NCBI GenBank assembly: GCA_973895155.1
Contig: OZ316891.1
Location: 23,249,899-23,313,898, forward strand
Length of the DNA: 64,000 nt
Direction of reading: 5' to 3'
Source: Marsupella aquatica
Lineage: Eukaryota > Plantae > Marchantiophyta
Below the pieces are notes generated by a model. The model was not told the origin of the DNA, searched no databases, and saw nothing but the letters and a program-made list of their open reading frames with translations. The position numbers and the translations under genes were made by a program. Positions 37,901-52,911 of this stretch are shown here, in pieces. How positions within the stretch are numbered: position 1 is the stretch's first letter; every line of letters begins with the position of its first letter.

Positions 37901-39059
37901 TGACAAAGATTTGTCTCTTCGACCGACCATGGAGCGTCGGAACTGCTCGCCTGGTTCTTCATCACCTGAAATTGCTGCGAGTACAATTTGATCTTGTTTT
38001 CACACAAGATGTATACCAACGCCTCCATCGGCATCTTCTTGGTAAACCAAGAACCCTTTCGGGTTTCTTTCCTGGTCTTCTCGAATTTTGCATAATTTGC
38101 CTCATCAATTATGGGTTTGTAGTACTCCAGATCATGAGCCAAAATCCTCCTAATTCTGTCCGCATCCAAAATCCAAGAAGACTCTACCACTGCCTGTCCC
38201 GTCCTGTGCAATTGAGGACATTAGAAATAGCGCCTGGCGCTAACCTAACAATACAATCTGAAAAAGAGAGAAATTGTCGAAGGGAAACAATAAAATTTGA
38301 GAAGACTAGTCGGTGGTGAAAGAAAACTCACTGGTTAACAATATGCATCGCTGCCTCAATCTCGATGATTGATGCCTTCTCTCCTTTGAAAATTGTGCAT
38401 TGCACGCGAGGATGATACTTAGGATTCTCTGGACTCTCGTTTGTGACTTGAGTCCACGAAAACAACCGATGATTTCCATCAAAAACATAGAACATTTTGT
38501 CCTTGAGGACGTGGAAAGCGGGGTCTGATTCACATTCCGCTTCGAACAAGTCGTTCTCCATGATCCAAAGAGGATCCCAAGTACCGCGAATTTCATCTGT
38601 ACAAATCTGAGGATTACCTTCAGCGTTGGATGGTTGAACAAAAAAGCGCATGCCAATGGACGAATTGTATCCAGATGTCCGGAACGAGTCCTTCAGCTTC
38701 TCAATCGATTGACTGTTCCTCTGAAGAGTGCGCACAACCTCCATGTGAACGAGACAACATAAAGGAATTCTTGGAGGCTCCTTTGGTAACCCATTCGCAT
38801 CAACTCCAAATGACATCACGTGCTTTTCAATGACATCGACCACCAATTTCTCAATGTCATCGACATTCTGAACGGCAAACTCACCAACATGTTCCATTTT
38901 CAATAGCCTCGGTTTTGGACAGGGAAGCTCAACTTGACTGAGAGGATACTGCGCTATGGAACGAGTTACTCTTCGACTTGAAACACAACTGGAATACGAT
39001 GACTCTGAGGACTGGGAATGGTTTGGCGACCCACACCCCATTTTGATATACTCTCTCAA
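34937..39059 (-). pseudogene. ParB/Srx plus beta-class N4/N6 DNA-methyltransferase-like fusion gene (copy C), near full length with a few lesions
   Basis: IEKLKDSFRTSGY...FYVFDGNHRLFSW (ParB/Srx GxHR); intron 38331-38204; GFLYLPTG...VPKWN...FLSDDGVLAILH; LTVGFMQSVIEIISCLGDIVIDWTC...AGDYCGRFVVGVE. Confidence 0.85.
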
Positions 39060-40138
39060 CTGCGATGCGGAGATTTTTGCCGTTCAATTTTGTTTCATAC
39101 GGGATTTTGTTTGGGAGTTCGTACGCTTAATCGTGCGGATTCTCCTTACACGCATCCCTCAATGACACCAACGCAAATGAGAAGAATCTGCCTCAGCAGG
39201 AACAATTCCAAAGGAAGCAAAGTACCCTAAATGTACGATGACTGGACTTCTGGCGGCATGTGAGTCGGGGGACGTTGGACACCTGGAGCGAAATGCACCG
39301 TTGATTAAATCTGGGACTGACCAGTAGACCTCATAGTTCGTAAAGAGGTATCCGTTTAAGTTATCGTGGACCTGCTACTTCCATAAATATTATACTCGAA
39401 TCGACTAAAATGTCCGTTGAAGTTACCATTGAATAGCGAGTCGTTATTAGATAGCGCCCGACGCTATCATTGTTGTCCGTTGTGAAGGTTCCTTGAATCT
39501 AACATGAACATCATATTTAGCATATAAGTTTTTACTAGCGCCAGGCGCTAGTAAAAATTGGCAGTCTAGACCCTTCAAAACTTCACTCTAAGTTTTGTTA
39601 GCGCCTGGCGCTATCATAGGGAGATGTCGTTCTTGTCTCTTTATCCTCTCATATATAACACGGAAGATAATATTCCTTCAAGAACATAACATTTCTTTTC
39701 GAATACTTTACTAGCGTCGGGCGCTAATAAACATTAACCTGATTACCCTTTAAAGTTACCGTTTGATTATAGAGTACAACTTTGATAGCGCACGTAATCT
39801 AGCTTTGGGAGTTATCGTTACGGACCAGATATGCATGATACATATTTGCTAGCGCCTGGCGCTATCAAAGGTGTACTCGATACAATCTTGTCATCTGAGA
39901 TGATTCTTGGCAAACCATCCATCAATATGTGCATATGGAGCCTCAAGTTTTCATCTCCCTTACTTAGCGCCAGGCGCTATTATTTGTGTGCCTTGAAATT
40001 TATGTTCAAATTTTGATCAATAAGATTTTCTTGGTAGGTGCTGACATGTGTAATTCCGTTAGAATACGACAAGCATTCATTGCTAATAGGTCACTTTGTC
40101 ATATTCGTAACGGTTTTATTCAGCACAAATGAATTTAG

Positions 40139-43100
40139 GTGGCCTTACATTTCTGTACGCCATTTCCAATGGACTCGCGAATTGTAATTTCTCGCTGTCC
40201 GCCTGGTGACCTCGTGGCAATCCTGCTCGCCGCTCCTAAGAAAAATGATGAAGTTTCTGAGGAATATCTTGCCACCAGGTTTGGAATTCCCAGGGAAAGC
40301 GATGATGTTCTACATGTCCAGCGATGATGTTCTACATGTACGCATCTTCCAAAGTTGATGCCGAGTCTGCTAAGCATATGTCGCGGCTTGCCATTCACAT
40401 CGGACATCATAACCATCCGAGCAAGCAAGTTTTTTCAAGAGAGGCAGAGAAAGTTGCAAAGATGCACATGGAACAAGGTTTGACTTTGAATCCGCGTGCA
40501 ACTGCGGTGGGTATGAAGAACACCGTCACCTCGTCTCTTTTTAAGGCAATGTGTGAGTCGTCAGTTCAAGACATGATCCCAATAGAAGAGACCAAGATTT
40601 TTGAATCTCTTCAAGTCATCTCAACGCCTCAGAAATTTGTGAACCTTCTGAGGAGTATCCGTCAAGACCAGAAAGGCAGAGGTGAATTGGAATTTCTGGT
40701 AAGCATGTAGAAGAACATTTCATTCCCATTTCTGCAAAGGTTCTTGTTGCCGGGACAAGGGTCTAGAGATGAGAGTGCACATATTTTCAAGATGTCCACT
40801 AAGGGTGAAGGCTATGGTCTGGACCTTCTTTGAAAGATGAGTCCCGGAGGGCCTCTTGAGGGTTCGTGGGTAAGTTTTGATGTGATGCACCAAATGACAA
40901 AGGATTGGCTTACATTTAGTGTACATGTTTATGACCATAACTATCGTGCACTTTGCACGATATTCACTTGCGAGTTGCGAGCAGAAGATACAAAATCCCT
41001 TGAGAGGTCTTGGCGTTTAATGTTGGAGGTGGCTGATGAGAACGGTCTTCACGATGTCCACATTCATGGTTTTATGGCGGACAATGCTCAAGCTGGTTGG
41101 AATGCTGTGAGGAATGTGTTCTTTGGGGGACTTCCTCATCCCGAACGTGAGCGATCAGATGCATTTCACTTCTTTCAGTCATTTCGGAGACACTCAATTG
41201 AAGGCATTCCTGAGGGAAAGCAGAGTGAACATCGTGCCCTATGGGATAGGTTGCGGAATGCAAAGTCATTTATCAAGGCATATCGTATTTCTAGAGAAAT
41301 TGATTCATGGTGGAGGGCAGGGAATTGTTATCCTGGTAAATTACGAATGTTGCAAGGTTGGATTTCATGGTGGGTTGTCCGATGGCGCCAATGGGGAAAC
41401 TTTATTTGATTGGTAAGTATTCAAAACAATCGTTGGTCAGAGCCTGGCGCTACTCATACATGTTCAAAGTGATTACATATGCTATTGTTTCTATGTGTTC
41501 ATTGGCTAGCGCCTGGCGCTACTCATACAGGTTCAAATTGATCATATCTGCTATTATTTCTATATGTTCATTGGCTAGCGCCTGGCGCTATTCAAGTCCT
41601 AAATCTAACCTTGTCGGTGAATTCTGCAGAGCAAGAGTGCAGAGGAAGCGGCAATGATTCCAAATTGTGGTGGATCTGAGTCGTCTCACGCGTCAATGAT
41701 TGCCTGGCAATTGAAGAAGAAGGTTGGAGTCTTTGAAGGGTGTGAAACCGACCAGAATAGAGCGATCTCTCAAATTGCAGCCTATACGGCTTACAAGAGA
41801 GGATTGAACAGAGGGAATGGCCCAACTGTGTTTGGGCTGGCTTTTCGCTCTGCAGATCTAGCGGGTTCCCCAAGGTTGTTTGAAGAAGCTTCAAACCTTT
41901 TCCTTTCCAATGCGGCTGAATTCGATTTGGAAAGGAATTCCCCTTTGAACGGGGATGCTCGGGGGTTTCACTTCCACAAAAATGGCATATCACGTGCGAC
42001 GAAGGATAGGGTCATTTTATTGGTTGTAAGGGAAGACTTAAGAATTTTTGTAGAAGAACAATAGGGTCTTTAAATTCAATTTTGAGACTTATAAGAACAT
42101 TAGGGCCGTTTTAATCCAATTTTTGGAATATTCCAAGAATATTCCAACTTTATAGGGGTTAAAAAATAATAATTTTTTCTTGCATTTTATGGGGTCTGAG
42201 GCCTAAAAACGTCGCAGGTGATGGGGAGGTCCCCATATAGTGAGACCCCTGAGCGGGGATGTACAGACCCGGTCAATAAAGAGGAAGGGACATGCTACTG
42301 GAAATGTCTCTGCGCAAGACTCCCACAGGCATGACACTATCCTCATTACGACCCCAAACACCCGAGGTTTGAAGAGAAGAAATCTCAATAGAACGGAATT
42401 CTCTGCGATTCCTTCTGAACCAGGTCCCCAAGAGAGTGTAGTCGTCAATAGTTCAGAGAGCGATGCCTCAGCTAGTCTTGAAGAGCGGACACCTCCTCCT
42501 CCGATGGAGACGAGGTCATCTGCAACTCCAGTCACGACCCCAGTCCATGTTATTGAAGAAGTAACCCCATCCGTGTTGGAGTCCAATGTTCCTTCTGGAG
42601 CATGGCATATTAGGAGAACTTCGAAGCATGGTGCTGGCCCAGTCTACAATGGATCCCTTGGCGGACATGGAGATCGTGACGAATGTAGAAATCGATTGAA
42701 GAAAGTAGGCTACCGGACGTCAAACGGAGTCGTTGGTATCGCAGTTTGAGCAGCGCAAATTTTCAGAGGGGAACACCTCCAGAACTGATCTGGTTCTGTC
42801 CGAATAATGTTTTTTACAAAAGTCGTCCTCGAAAAGGTGTGGTGAATGTTCCACCACCTTGTGATCACTTGCCCATTGCATTGACTACAAATCTTTCTAC
42901 TGCGGAGGTAGAGTTTCTGAAGGGCAACGGAATATCGATCGGAGGTGAAGGTGATCGTGTAAGAAATGCACCAAGTGGACTAGATCTTCAAATCGATGTC
43001 AATGTTTTCCCGGAAAGGATCAATCTGCTTCAGTCGACAATTCGCTGTTTATCTCGAAACGGGAGGACGTGCCTACAGAGAGTGCATCTAACTAAATCGC

Positions 43101-43444
43101 ACTATAAGAAGATTGAGGCAGCTGATAAAGAAGAAATGAAAATAATCTGTTCAAGGGATGTTGCGACAGGAAATGGATGGGGCAAACAATTTTGCATCCA
43201 AACACACATTGGTCACCACTCTATCATTGCCTATTGGGTTCAGATTTGCTGCTTCCCGTGCTGTTCTTGCAAAGATTTCTATCGTCGTCATGCCCACTGC
43301 AAACCCTTCCTGCCTTGCAAACATCTGTATTGGATTTATAAGAATGTTTTCAAACTGGACCTTCGAGAATCAACGTTGTCGAGTCAGCCTATACTCACCG
43401 TTGGAGAAATACGTCTCTTGTTGGAACGACAAAGTTTAGGGTAG
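40139..43444 (+). pseudogene. Mutator (MULE)-like DDE transposase with C-terminal SWIM zinc finger (element C)
   Basis: SFDVMH (D), GFMADNA (D), DAFH at the CxxH position, PNCGGSESSH (E); SWIM YWVQI..CSCKDF..PCKHLYW; premature stops at 40708, 40831, 41408; intron from 41413; MITE insertion. Confidence 0.85.
41958..42253. mobile_element. MITE, CTCGGGGG-TIR family
   Basis: Perfect TSD cggggatg; removal gives NGD|VQTRSIKRKG, matching HRDLQTTSTKRKG in element B. Confidence 0.93.
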
Positions 43445-43959
43445 TATTTAAAGAGGTGTCTATTATGTAGTTAACGTTCCAATGGTCAGTACTTTGTCGT
43501 TTTCCAACAGCATTATCATATACAGAAGCTTATTGAGAATGAATGTATTAGACAATGTTTGGTTTCGTAAAATAGGGTTGAGTCATTGATAGCGCCTGGC
43601 GCTAGTATTATTTACATATTTTCCTCAAAATCTTCCTTTTGAGGTTAGGGAGGTGCCCCGTTTTGTTTTTAATTGGTTTTGAACATTTTCAAGTGGTTCG
43701 AGAGACTTGGCACTCCACTTTTCATGGAATTTTTTGAATGTTTTTTAATTGGTGTTGCTCACAACAGTACGGAGGATGACAATTCCTTGAATGTTTTTCC
43801 TGATGTGAGTAAAAACATTGCTGATAACAGGAAAACTCTCCTGATATGAGGAAAGTTTTTGCTCGTATCAGTAAAAAAATCTCCTATTTCCTGGCACGGT
43901 GTAAAGCCTCCATTTTTTTCACAAAACTCTATTCGGAGTGGATTCAAACTATCATGTGG

Positions 43960-44470
43960 CACTAGAAGAAAACAGGCACTACAACATATTTTGCCCTTTT
44001 GCGAAGCTCATTTGAGTCCGGACACACGTTTGCGATTCCAGATGCTTCAAACCGTTGATGACTCAATACGCATCGCAATTTGCGATACTTGTGGTATCGC
44101 AACTTTGGTCTTCCATGTGATTTGCATCGCAAACATTTTGCGAACTTTATTGTATCACAATAGTTTGCGAAACTACAGAGATTACAAAACACATTACGAA
44201 GGCTCCACGACCGCTCCGAAAGTCTGAAACCACGGTAACATTAATGATGCAAAACAATTAGTATTGGAGGATGTTTGCGAAAAGGTTAGCTTCAAACAAT
44301 TTGCGATGGGTTTGTATGGCAAATGTGCGAAACGATATGGATGGTAAAGGTGGGATGGTCTGGATATCGCAAAATAGTGAAGCGTATAGTATGGAATAAT
44401 TGAGAAACGGTTTAAATGGCAGAATTGCGATTTGGTTGGGATTTGTTTAGTTTCGCAAACAGTTCGCAAA
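43960..44470. mobile_element. CACTA terminus (two stacked TIR starts) with TTTGCGA/TCGCAAA subterminal repeats
   Basis: CACTAGAAGAAAA at 43960 and CACTACAACATA at 43977, followed by about 15 TTGCGA/TCGCAA motifs in both orientations. Confidence 0.75.
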
Positions 44471-44876
44471 CGTTTATGTTAGACTTGTGTGTGCATCTAG
44501 GTTAGAGTTTGAATGGGGGAGGAGGAGGGAGGGAGGTGAAAGGTGAAAGAGGGAGGAAGGGAGTTGGAAGGTGGATGAGGGACGGAGGAAGAAGGGAGTC
44601 CAAAGAGGGTTTACTAAAAATAGGAGAGACTTTAGCGAAGAGGGAGGGAGGAGAAAAAGCTATGGAGTTTTTGGAAGAGGAAGGAGTGTTTGGGTTCAAA
44701 GAGGGAGGAGGGATAAGGGAGGGAGTACCCATGTCACTTATATGCATGACCTCTTTTGAAAGTAGGAGTCCAAAATGAAAATACCTACCACACTAATGGT
44801 GTATGAAATATTAATTAAGAAACAACATGAACAATCCATGATATAGATTTTTGGTTTAAATATCCATAAGTGTCTC

Positions 44877-47800
44877 TCACACTTGGTCACCTTCAATGTC
44901 CTCTACATCTGACACAAAAATAGTGTCTGGCTTGTCTGAAACAATGGAATGAGACCGTGGCACATATGTGATGACAAGTGACCACTCTGGGTCTAAGGGG
45001 TATGGAACGTAGAAACATTGCTCCAAGTGAGATGGGAAAGTAAATGGCTCTGACGTTTGCCAATGAGATGCTTGAAAACTAGTGGCACTTGTCCTCAACC
45101 GTGTAAACCCACTCTCATCTTGGAGTACAGTGCGATTATTACCAACAAGGTTCACTTTGAACCACTTGCACTTGAAGACATACTCCTCACCTGGGCCCCC
45201 AGCATTATTAATAATGGGCTGGACGTGCGAACGGATGAAGGGTGCAAAAAATCTGATTTGAGATTAATTTTTATAATTGACTTAAAAATATCAAGGGATG
45301 TTTTTATTCAAAGAACCCTTTCTAACTAATATAGGCTTATATAAATGTGACCCAAGTTAATATGCTTCAAGAGGTGATGTAATATGGATGTGACACGCGT
45401 CACAATAGGATTGGTCCTTGTGGTCACCCTTTATTGGAACATGTGTATATGACATATAATTATGCTTGCAACATCTATGATTCAGAGTAGTTTAGGACTT
45501 TGGAGCTTTTGAACCCTGACTACCCTGCCCTGTGGTTCAAAAATGCCCCAAAGTTGAAGTTTGGGGTTAAAGGGTCACGAAAACAAAAATGTATGTACCC
45601 AAAACCCTTCCAAAACACTCCCGTCAGTTTTAGAACCGTTTGCACATGATGAGTTTATAACTTTTCAAGGCTTTCATAAATGGTGTAAAATGTGAAATTA
45701 TAATATCTCAAAGGGGCAGATTTATTCTCCAAAATTAAGTTTTTAAGAATAACAAGAAAATTTTTTATAGGCTTCCAAAAATAATAAGGGGTACTAGGGA
45801 GGGGGGTGTACGCACGTATACCTCTTTAGTTTACAAAGGCTGGGGGCCCAAGGACTCCTCAAACTTAGATTGGTTGTCATATGAGACCACCAAAATCTCC
45901 TCTATCTTCCCATAGTGTGGCACAACATCACGAACAATGTTCCTATCATGTCGGCTACTCCGGGAGTCCTGACAAAACTGCCCTTGAACTCCACAATCAA
46001 AAGTACGAGCCTCTTCTCATCAAGGGAAGAAATCCTGAAATTAACAAGACCCATATATTGTTACTACTACACAAAAAACACTAATCATGTTATGAGGAAC
46101 CTTTCATACCAAAAGAGAAAAACACACTTATCTTAAGTAAAATGATTACTATATCTTAAGTAGTAGTACATGAATATGGAAAACAAGGTTAGGAACTAGT
46201 GAAACCTGAAGTGTCTCCCTTGGGTCCACATGGCCGTCTTGGATGTTACCACTCTCAAAGGGCCATGAACAATGGTCCGAATGTCATTTGTCATAGTAGG
46301 AAACTGTGAGACATCTCCTCCTTGTGCCAAAATGCCATCCAACTCAACCAACTTTTCCTTCATAAACTCATGCAACTTAGGAAAAATCCTTGCCCTTTGA
46401 CTCATTCTTTTGGCATTGTCATAAAACTCCCTCCATTCATCCATGACATTGCTATTACTCAACATGAATGTATTCAACTGTGTCCACTCTGTTGATGTAA
46501 GCATGCGTGTTTTTGTTGCTCCTGTTAAACGGTCCTCCTCCTCTTGCCTCTCCTCCATCCAAGTACGTGGTAAAGTCCGATCAATGGTGGCCAAGATGTT
46601 ACTACAATAAAACATGCTCTTTGCAGCCAAGTATCCTGTAGCTATGCTTCCCTCCACTCGTGCACGGTTACGTACATAAGCCTTCAAGACTGACATGTAA
46701 CGCTCAAGCCAGTACATCCATCGACAATGAACTGGACCAGCAATGGCAACCTCCCTCACAAGATGCACAAGTAAATGAACCTGACAATCAAAGGAAGGAG
46801 GGAGGGCCTTCTCCAACTTGCAAACCACCTCAGCTGCCAATACCTCCATTCCAGGAATCTCTTCCACATATATCTCCTTTGAGCATATCCATCTCAACAA
46901 ACGACCCAATGACCAAATGGCATCTTGCACTTCTTTGGTCCCCAACCCTATAATTGCCACTGGCAATATATGCTACAATAAGCGGTGATAGTCATGTGTC
47001 TTGAGATACCGTGGCCATTTGTGATTGTCCTCCATCCCAAAAGCTTTCCTCAAATTGGCACCATAGCCTGTAGGAAACCGCATCTCCCCTATACGATTCC
47101 GGAATTCACGTCTTTGGCCAACACTAAGCACCCAAGGAGCAGAAGGATGATGTTCCAAACCTGTGGCAGGATCAACTTGTACCCATACATCTGGATGCAT
47201 TTCCAACTCTTCACATGCCTCCCTGAAGTTAGTGTCCTTCTCCCCATAAAAATGAGCTATCAACGCCTTCCCCACATTTCCCTCTATGTGCGTGGGGTCT
47301 AAAAGATGGCGGATCTTCAACTCTGACCAATAGGGCAAACTGGCTAGTATACTCCACCTCGTCAACCCAGTACCATCAAAGGTGAGGGGATCATCAGGGT
47401 CTGCCACCCTATCAGCTAGTGACTTCCAATGCCCAAAAGTTGTTGGTTCCGGAATTTCCCGCATATCACCAAGGGGCATGTCAAAGGAGGAAAATAAAAG
47501 TGGGTCAGACCTCATCTCATGCCCCATCGGAAGAAACTTTGTATGCCCAATGTAAACAATCTTCCTAAGCCATGGGGACCAAATTGCCATATCTTGCAAT
47601 TGTGGACCACAGGTGGAGCAAGCTTTGTACCCCTGAGTTTGCAATCCAGAGACAAAGCCAAACCCTGGTTACACCAAAAATAAAACCAGACTAAATGTTA
47701 GGGTTGTCACATGACAAACAAGTATATTAAAGAGCATATCAAAGAAGGGTGGCATATGGTCAAAAAGTCATCTTACCAAGATAGTCATGCATTGTCCAAC

Positions 47801-48863
47801 AAACTACCCCTCTCAATTTAAATACACGTGGAATGCCTCATGTATTTTTCCTGCCATCATATGCCCACACTCCACCCCACAGTTTTTGGAGTTCTCCAAT
47901 CAATAGTGCCAAATAAGTGTCAAAGTTCTTCACCTTTTTTGGACCTGGAATAATCAAAGACAGCAAGAGGAACCCCTTCTTCATGGATAGCCATGGTGGA
48001 AGGTTGTAATTCATAACAACCATAGGCCAAACTGATGTAGGTCTTCCCTTGCCTCCAAGGGCATGAGGACTAACCCCATCAGATGCCAATCCCAACCTCA
48101 CATGACGAGGATCATGTGCAAAGTCTGGCCATGTTTCCTCAATATGTTTGACTGCAGGAGAGTCAATTGGCAACCGCATAACACCAGGCTCTGATCGATG
48201 AGTCTTATGCCATACCATCAACTCTGCCAAATCAGAACACCTGTACATGTGCAACAACCGAGGAATGATGGGAAACCAACGAACAGCTTTTCTTGGCACC
48301 TTCTTTGTAATCATGTTGGGGTCATACCGTGGCTCATGACATTCAGTACACTGTGTCTTCTTCTCATCGGCCCCATGAAATAACATGCAATCATTCACAC
48401 ATGCATGAATGATATGATATTCCATGCCAATTGATGAGAGAACACGCTTGGCCTCCTTCCAAGTTCCTGGCAACACATTGCCAGAAGGTAACATAAGGTC
48501 ATGGCAAAGTGCAAACATATCAGATAACAAGGCATTGCTTGCCTTGTGTTTGGCCTGTAGATTCATCAACCCCAAGATAGCAGAAAGATGACTCAAACGA
48601 GCACCCTCATAGATAGGAGTTCGGGCATGTTCCTCTGCTTCCTCCCATTGGCGCTGTCCCTTGGGGGTATGTCTTGGTCGTGGATCATTGGGGGGCACAT
48701 GACCTCCTTGATCAGCAGACACCTCAGCATCATCACCAGGGACATCAACACCAAACCAATCAACCATAAAATCATCCATGGCTCTATCTTGGTCATCAAT
48801 AACCTGTTCATATGTTCTAGGTAGATTGCGATCAGGGTTGTTGCTTCCACTGTCACTTGACAC
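44877..48863 (-). pseudogene. CACTA/En-Spm TnpD-like transposase (Transposase_21, DUF4218, DUF4216), element D
   Basis: IHACVNDC, DSPAVKH..WPDF..DPRHVRLGLASDG, LKTHDYH, HLLVHLV..GPVHCRWMYWLERYM, FKCKWF..EPFTFPSHLEQCFY; internal stops. Confidence 0.92.
45190..45853. mobile_element. 664-bp non-autonomous TIR element, 8-bp TSD
   Basis: cctgggcccccagc...gctgggggcccaagg; TSD actcctca; removal restores KFEEYVFKCKWF. Confidence 0.9.
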
Positions 48864-49479
48864 AACTACATTATCAGGACTTTTTACGTGTTACATGAAG
48901 ACGTTAAGCCCGACGTCTCCTTGCTGCTAAAGAAAGGCGACATACTCGACGTGAATGACGACACGTTTTGTACGAAGTAACAAAGGTTACAGTTTACATC
49001 GTCCAAAACTACGTTACATACGTCAGTCCATACTACGTTACATATTAACATCGTAAATAAAGACGTTATTCTGGACGCAGATTGAACAGGGAAATCAGCT
49101 GATAACATCGTTTAAAACGATGTTAATTTCAGATTACGTAGTTTGTGACTTTGTTAATGATGAGTCTGTCCAAGACGTATGAGTAGTTAGTCGTGTGAGG
49201 CTTGGTAAAAATGGTGTTAACGAGAACGTTTGAAAATAGTACCAAGAATGGAGAGACGTGAATGGAGTGCCGTTTGTGGTAAACATTAATCTTGTATGGA
49301 ACATCCTTCCAGGCTACCTTAGTTGGGTGGGCTTTAGGTTTAGGTTCATATACACACGGAATACACATAAAATAGACATATGAAGTCCGGAATGCCACTA
49401 TAAATGGGTGGCGTCAAAAGTTTGTGCCAAAAATGTACAAAATGCAGGTGGACATCCACATAGTCATGCATGGTATACC

Positions 49480-51789
<2,310 letters not shown>

Positions 51790-52911
51790 TCACTATTAAG
51801 ATAGGAGGTCGAGAGGGGGAGAGGGGAAGTGTTGAATGTTGAATGTGAGTCACATTCAAGTCACTTCCCGATGTTTTGTTAGAGGAAAACAGCCGTAGCC
51901 CACAAACCTTGGAGACCCGCCGTTACCCTAATTTAACGTCATTAATCACAACGTTAACCAGGAGTGTAGGGTTTAGCGGCGACGTTACATATAATTACGT
52001 CATACCTAACGACGTTAACTTATTAAGTACGTCGTACATTATTACATAAACTAAATTCGGCAACCTCCCCACAACCTAAAAAACGACGTTAAGTTTAGGG
52101 GAACGTCGTGTGGATGGACGTTAGTTTGGTTAACGTAGCGGGATACGTTTATGCTTGGGGTTTAATATGTTGTGGGGGCCTTTGTAAATTTGATCACAGG
52201 GGACATGGCAACCTATGCATTGGACCATGATGGGGGCAGGCATCATCGGCACAGATACCATCATCATCATAGGGGGACGTATGATGAGTCGGATAGGCAA
52301 AGGGATGACTCGTGTGACGATGACAATGAGCATGGCGGTAGTTCTCACCGACATAGACACCATCATCGGCATAAGGGGAGTTCAGCTTCATCGGGCTATA
52401 GGAGCAATGATGAGCGGCAGAGGAGGAGGGATGATGAGGGAGGGAGGAGGAGGGATGACTCATCCTATGAGGACCATGGTGGGGGTACTTACACCCGACG
52501 CAGAGATGACCATCATCATAGGGGGAGGGACGACCTATCGGACCGGGAGAGAGATTACTCACCAGACATGTATGATCGATCTAGGCGTCACCGATCCAGG
52601 CGTCGTCGACGCAGACATGGTTCCGACGGTAGGAGAGGCCGGAGCCCCCATCATGCTGATGGATTTGGAGAGGCCATGGCTGCTCTTTAGGGGATTGGGC
52701 CAATTCGCAAGATGCCTTGCCCTTGCAGACGATGCAAGGGTGTTGTCTTACACGAGAGGACCACTGTCCTTAGCCATTTAGGGATCCATGGTCGTTACAC
52801 CCCCCCGACCCGAGAGGTAATACAATTTTGTTGGGTATTGCAATTATGATAACATCTCCTTCCTTGAATTGTTTTTTGATTGTCATATTCTGAACTTGTT
52901 TTGGTGAACAT

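Larger units (their letters stand above)
33763..43604. repeat. Dispersed 15-bp palindrome TAGCGCCWGGCGCTA (about 16 copies) confined to element C
   Basis: Perfect at 33763, 38228, 39536, 39599, 39850, 39965, 41507, 41576, 43590; 1-2 mismatches at 34619, 34702, 35964, 36003, 36788, 39452, 39712, 41438. Confidence 0.95.

Noticed and set aside
34937-39059. Bacterial or phage contamination, or a restriction-modification system, as source of ParB-MTase
   Set aside because: Genes have GT-AG introns conserved between B and C, are interleaved with plant TEs, and no endonuclease is seen.
44500-44780. G/E-rich ORFs
   Set aside because: Purine-rich low-complexity tract inside the CACTA end region.
52172-52690. 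H/R/D-rich 172-aa ORF as a distinct gene
   Set aside because: Low complexity with no domain; may be an upstream exon of the SET gene but this cannot be supported.
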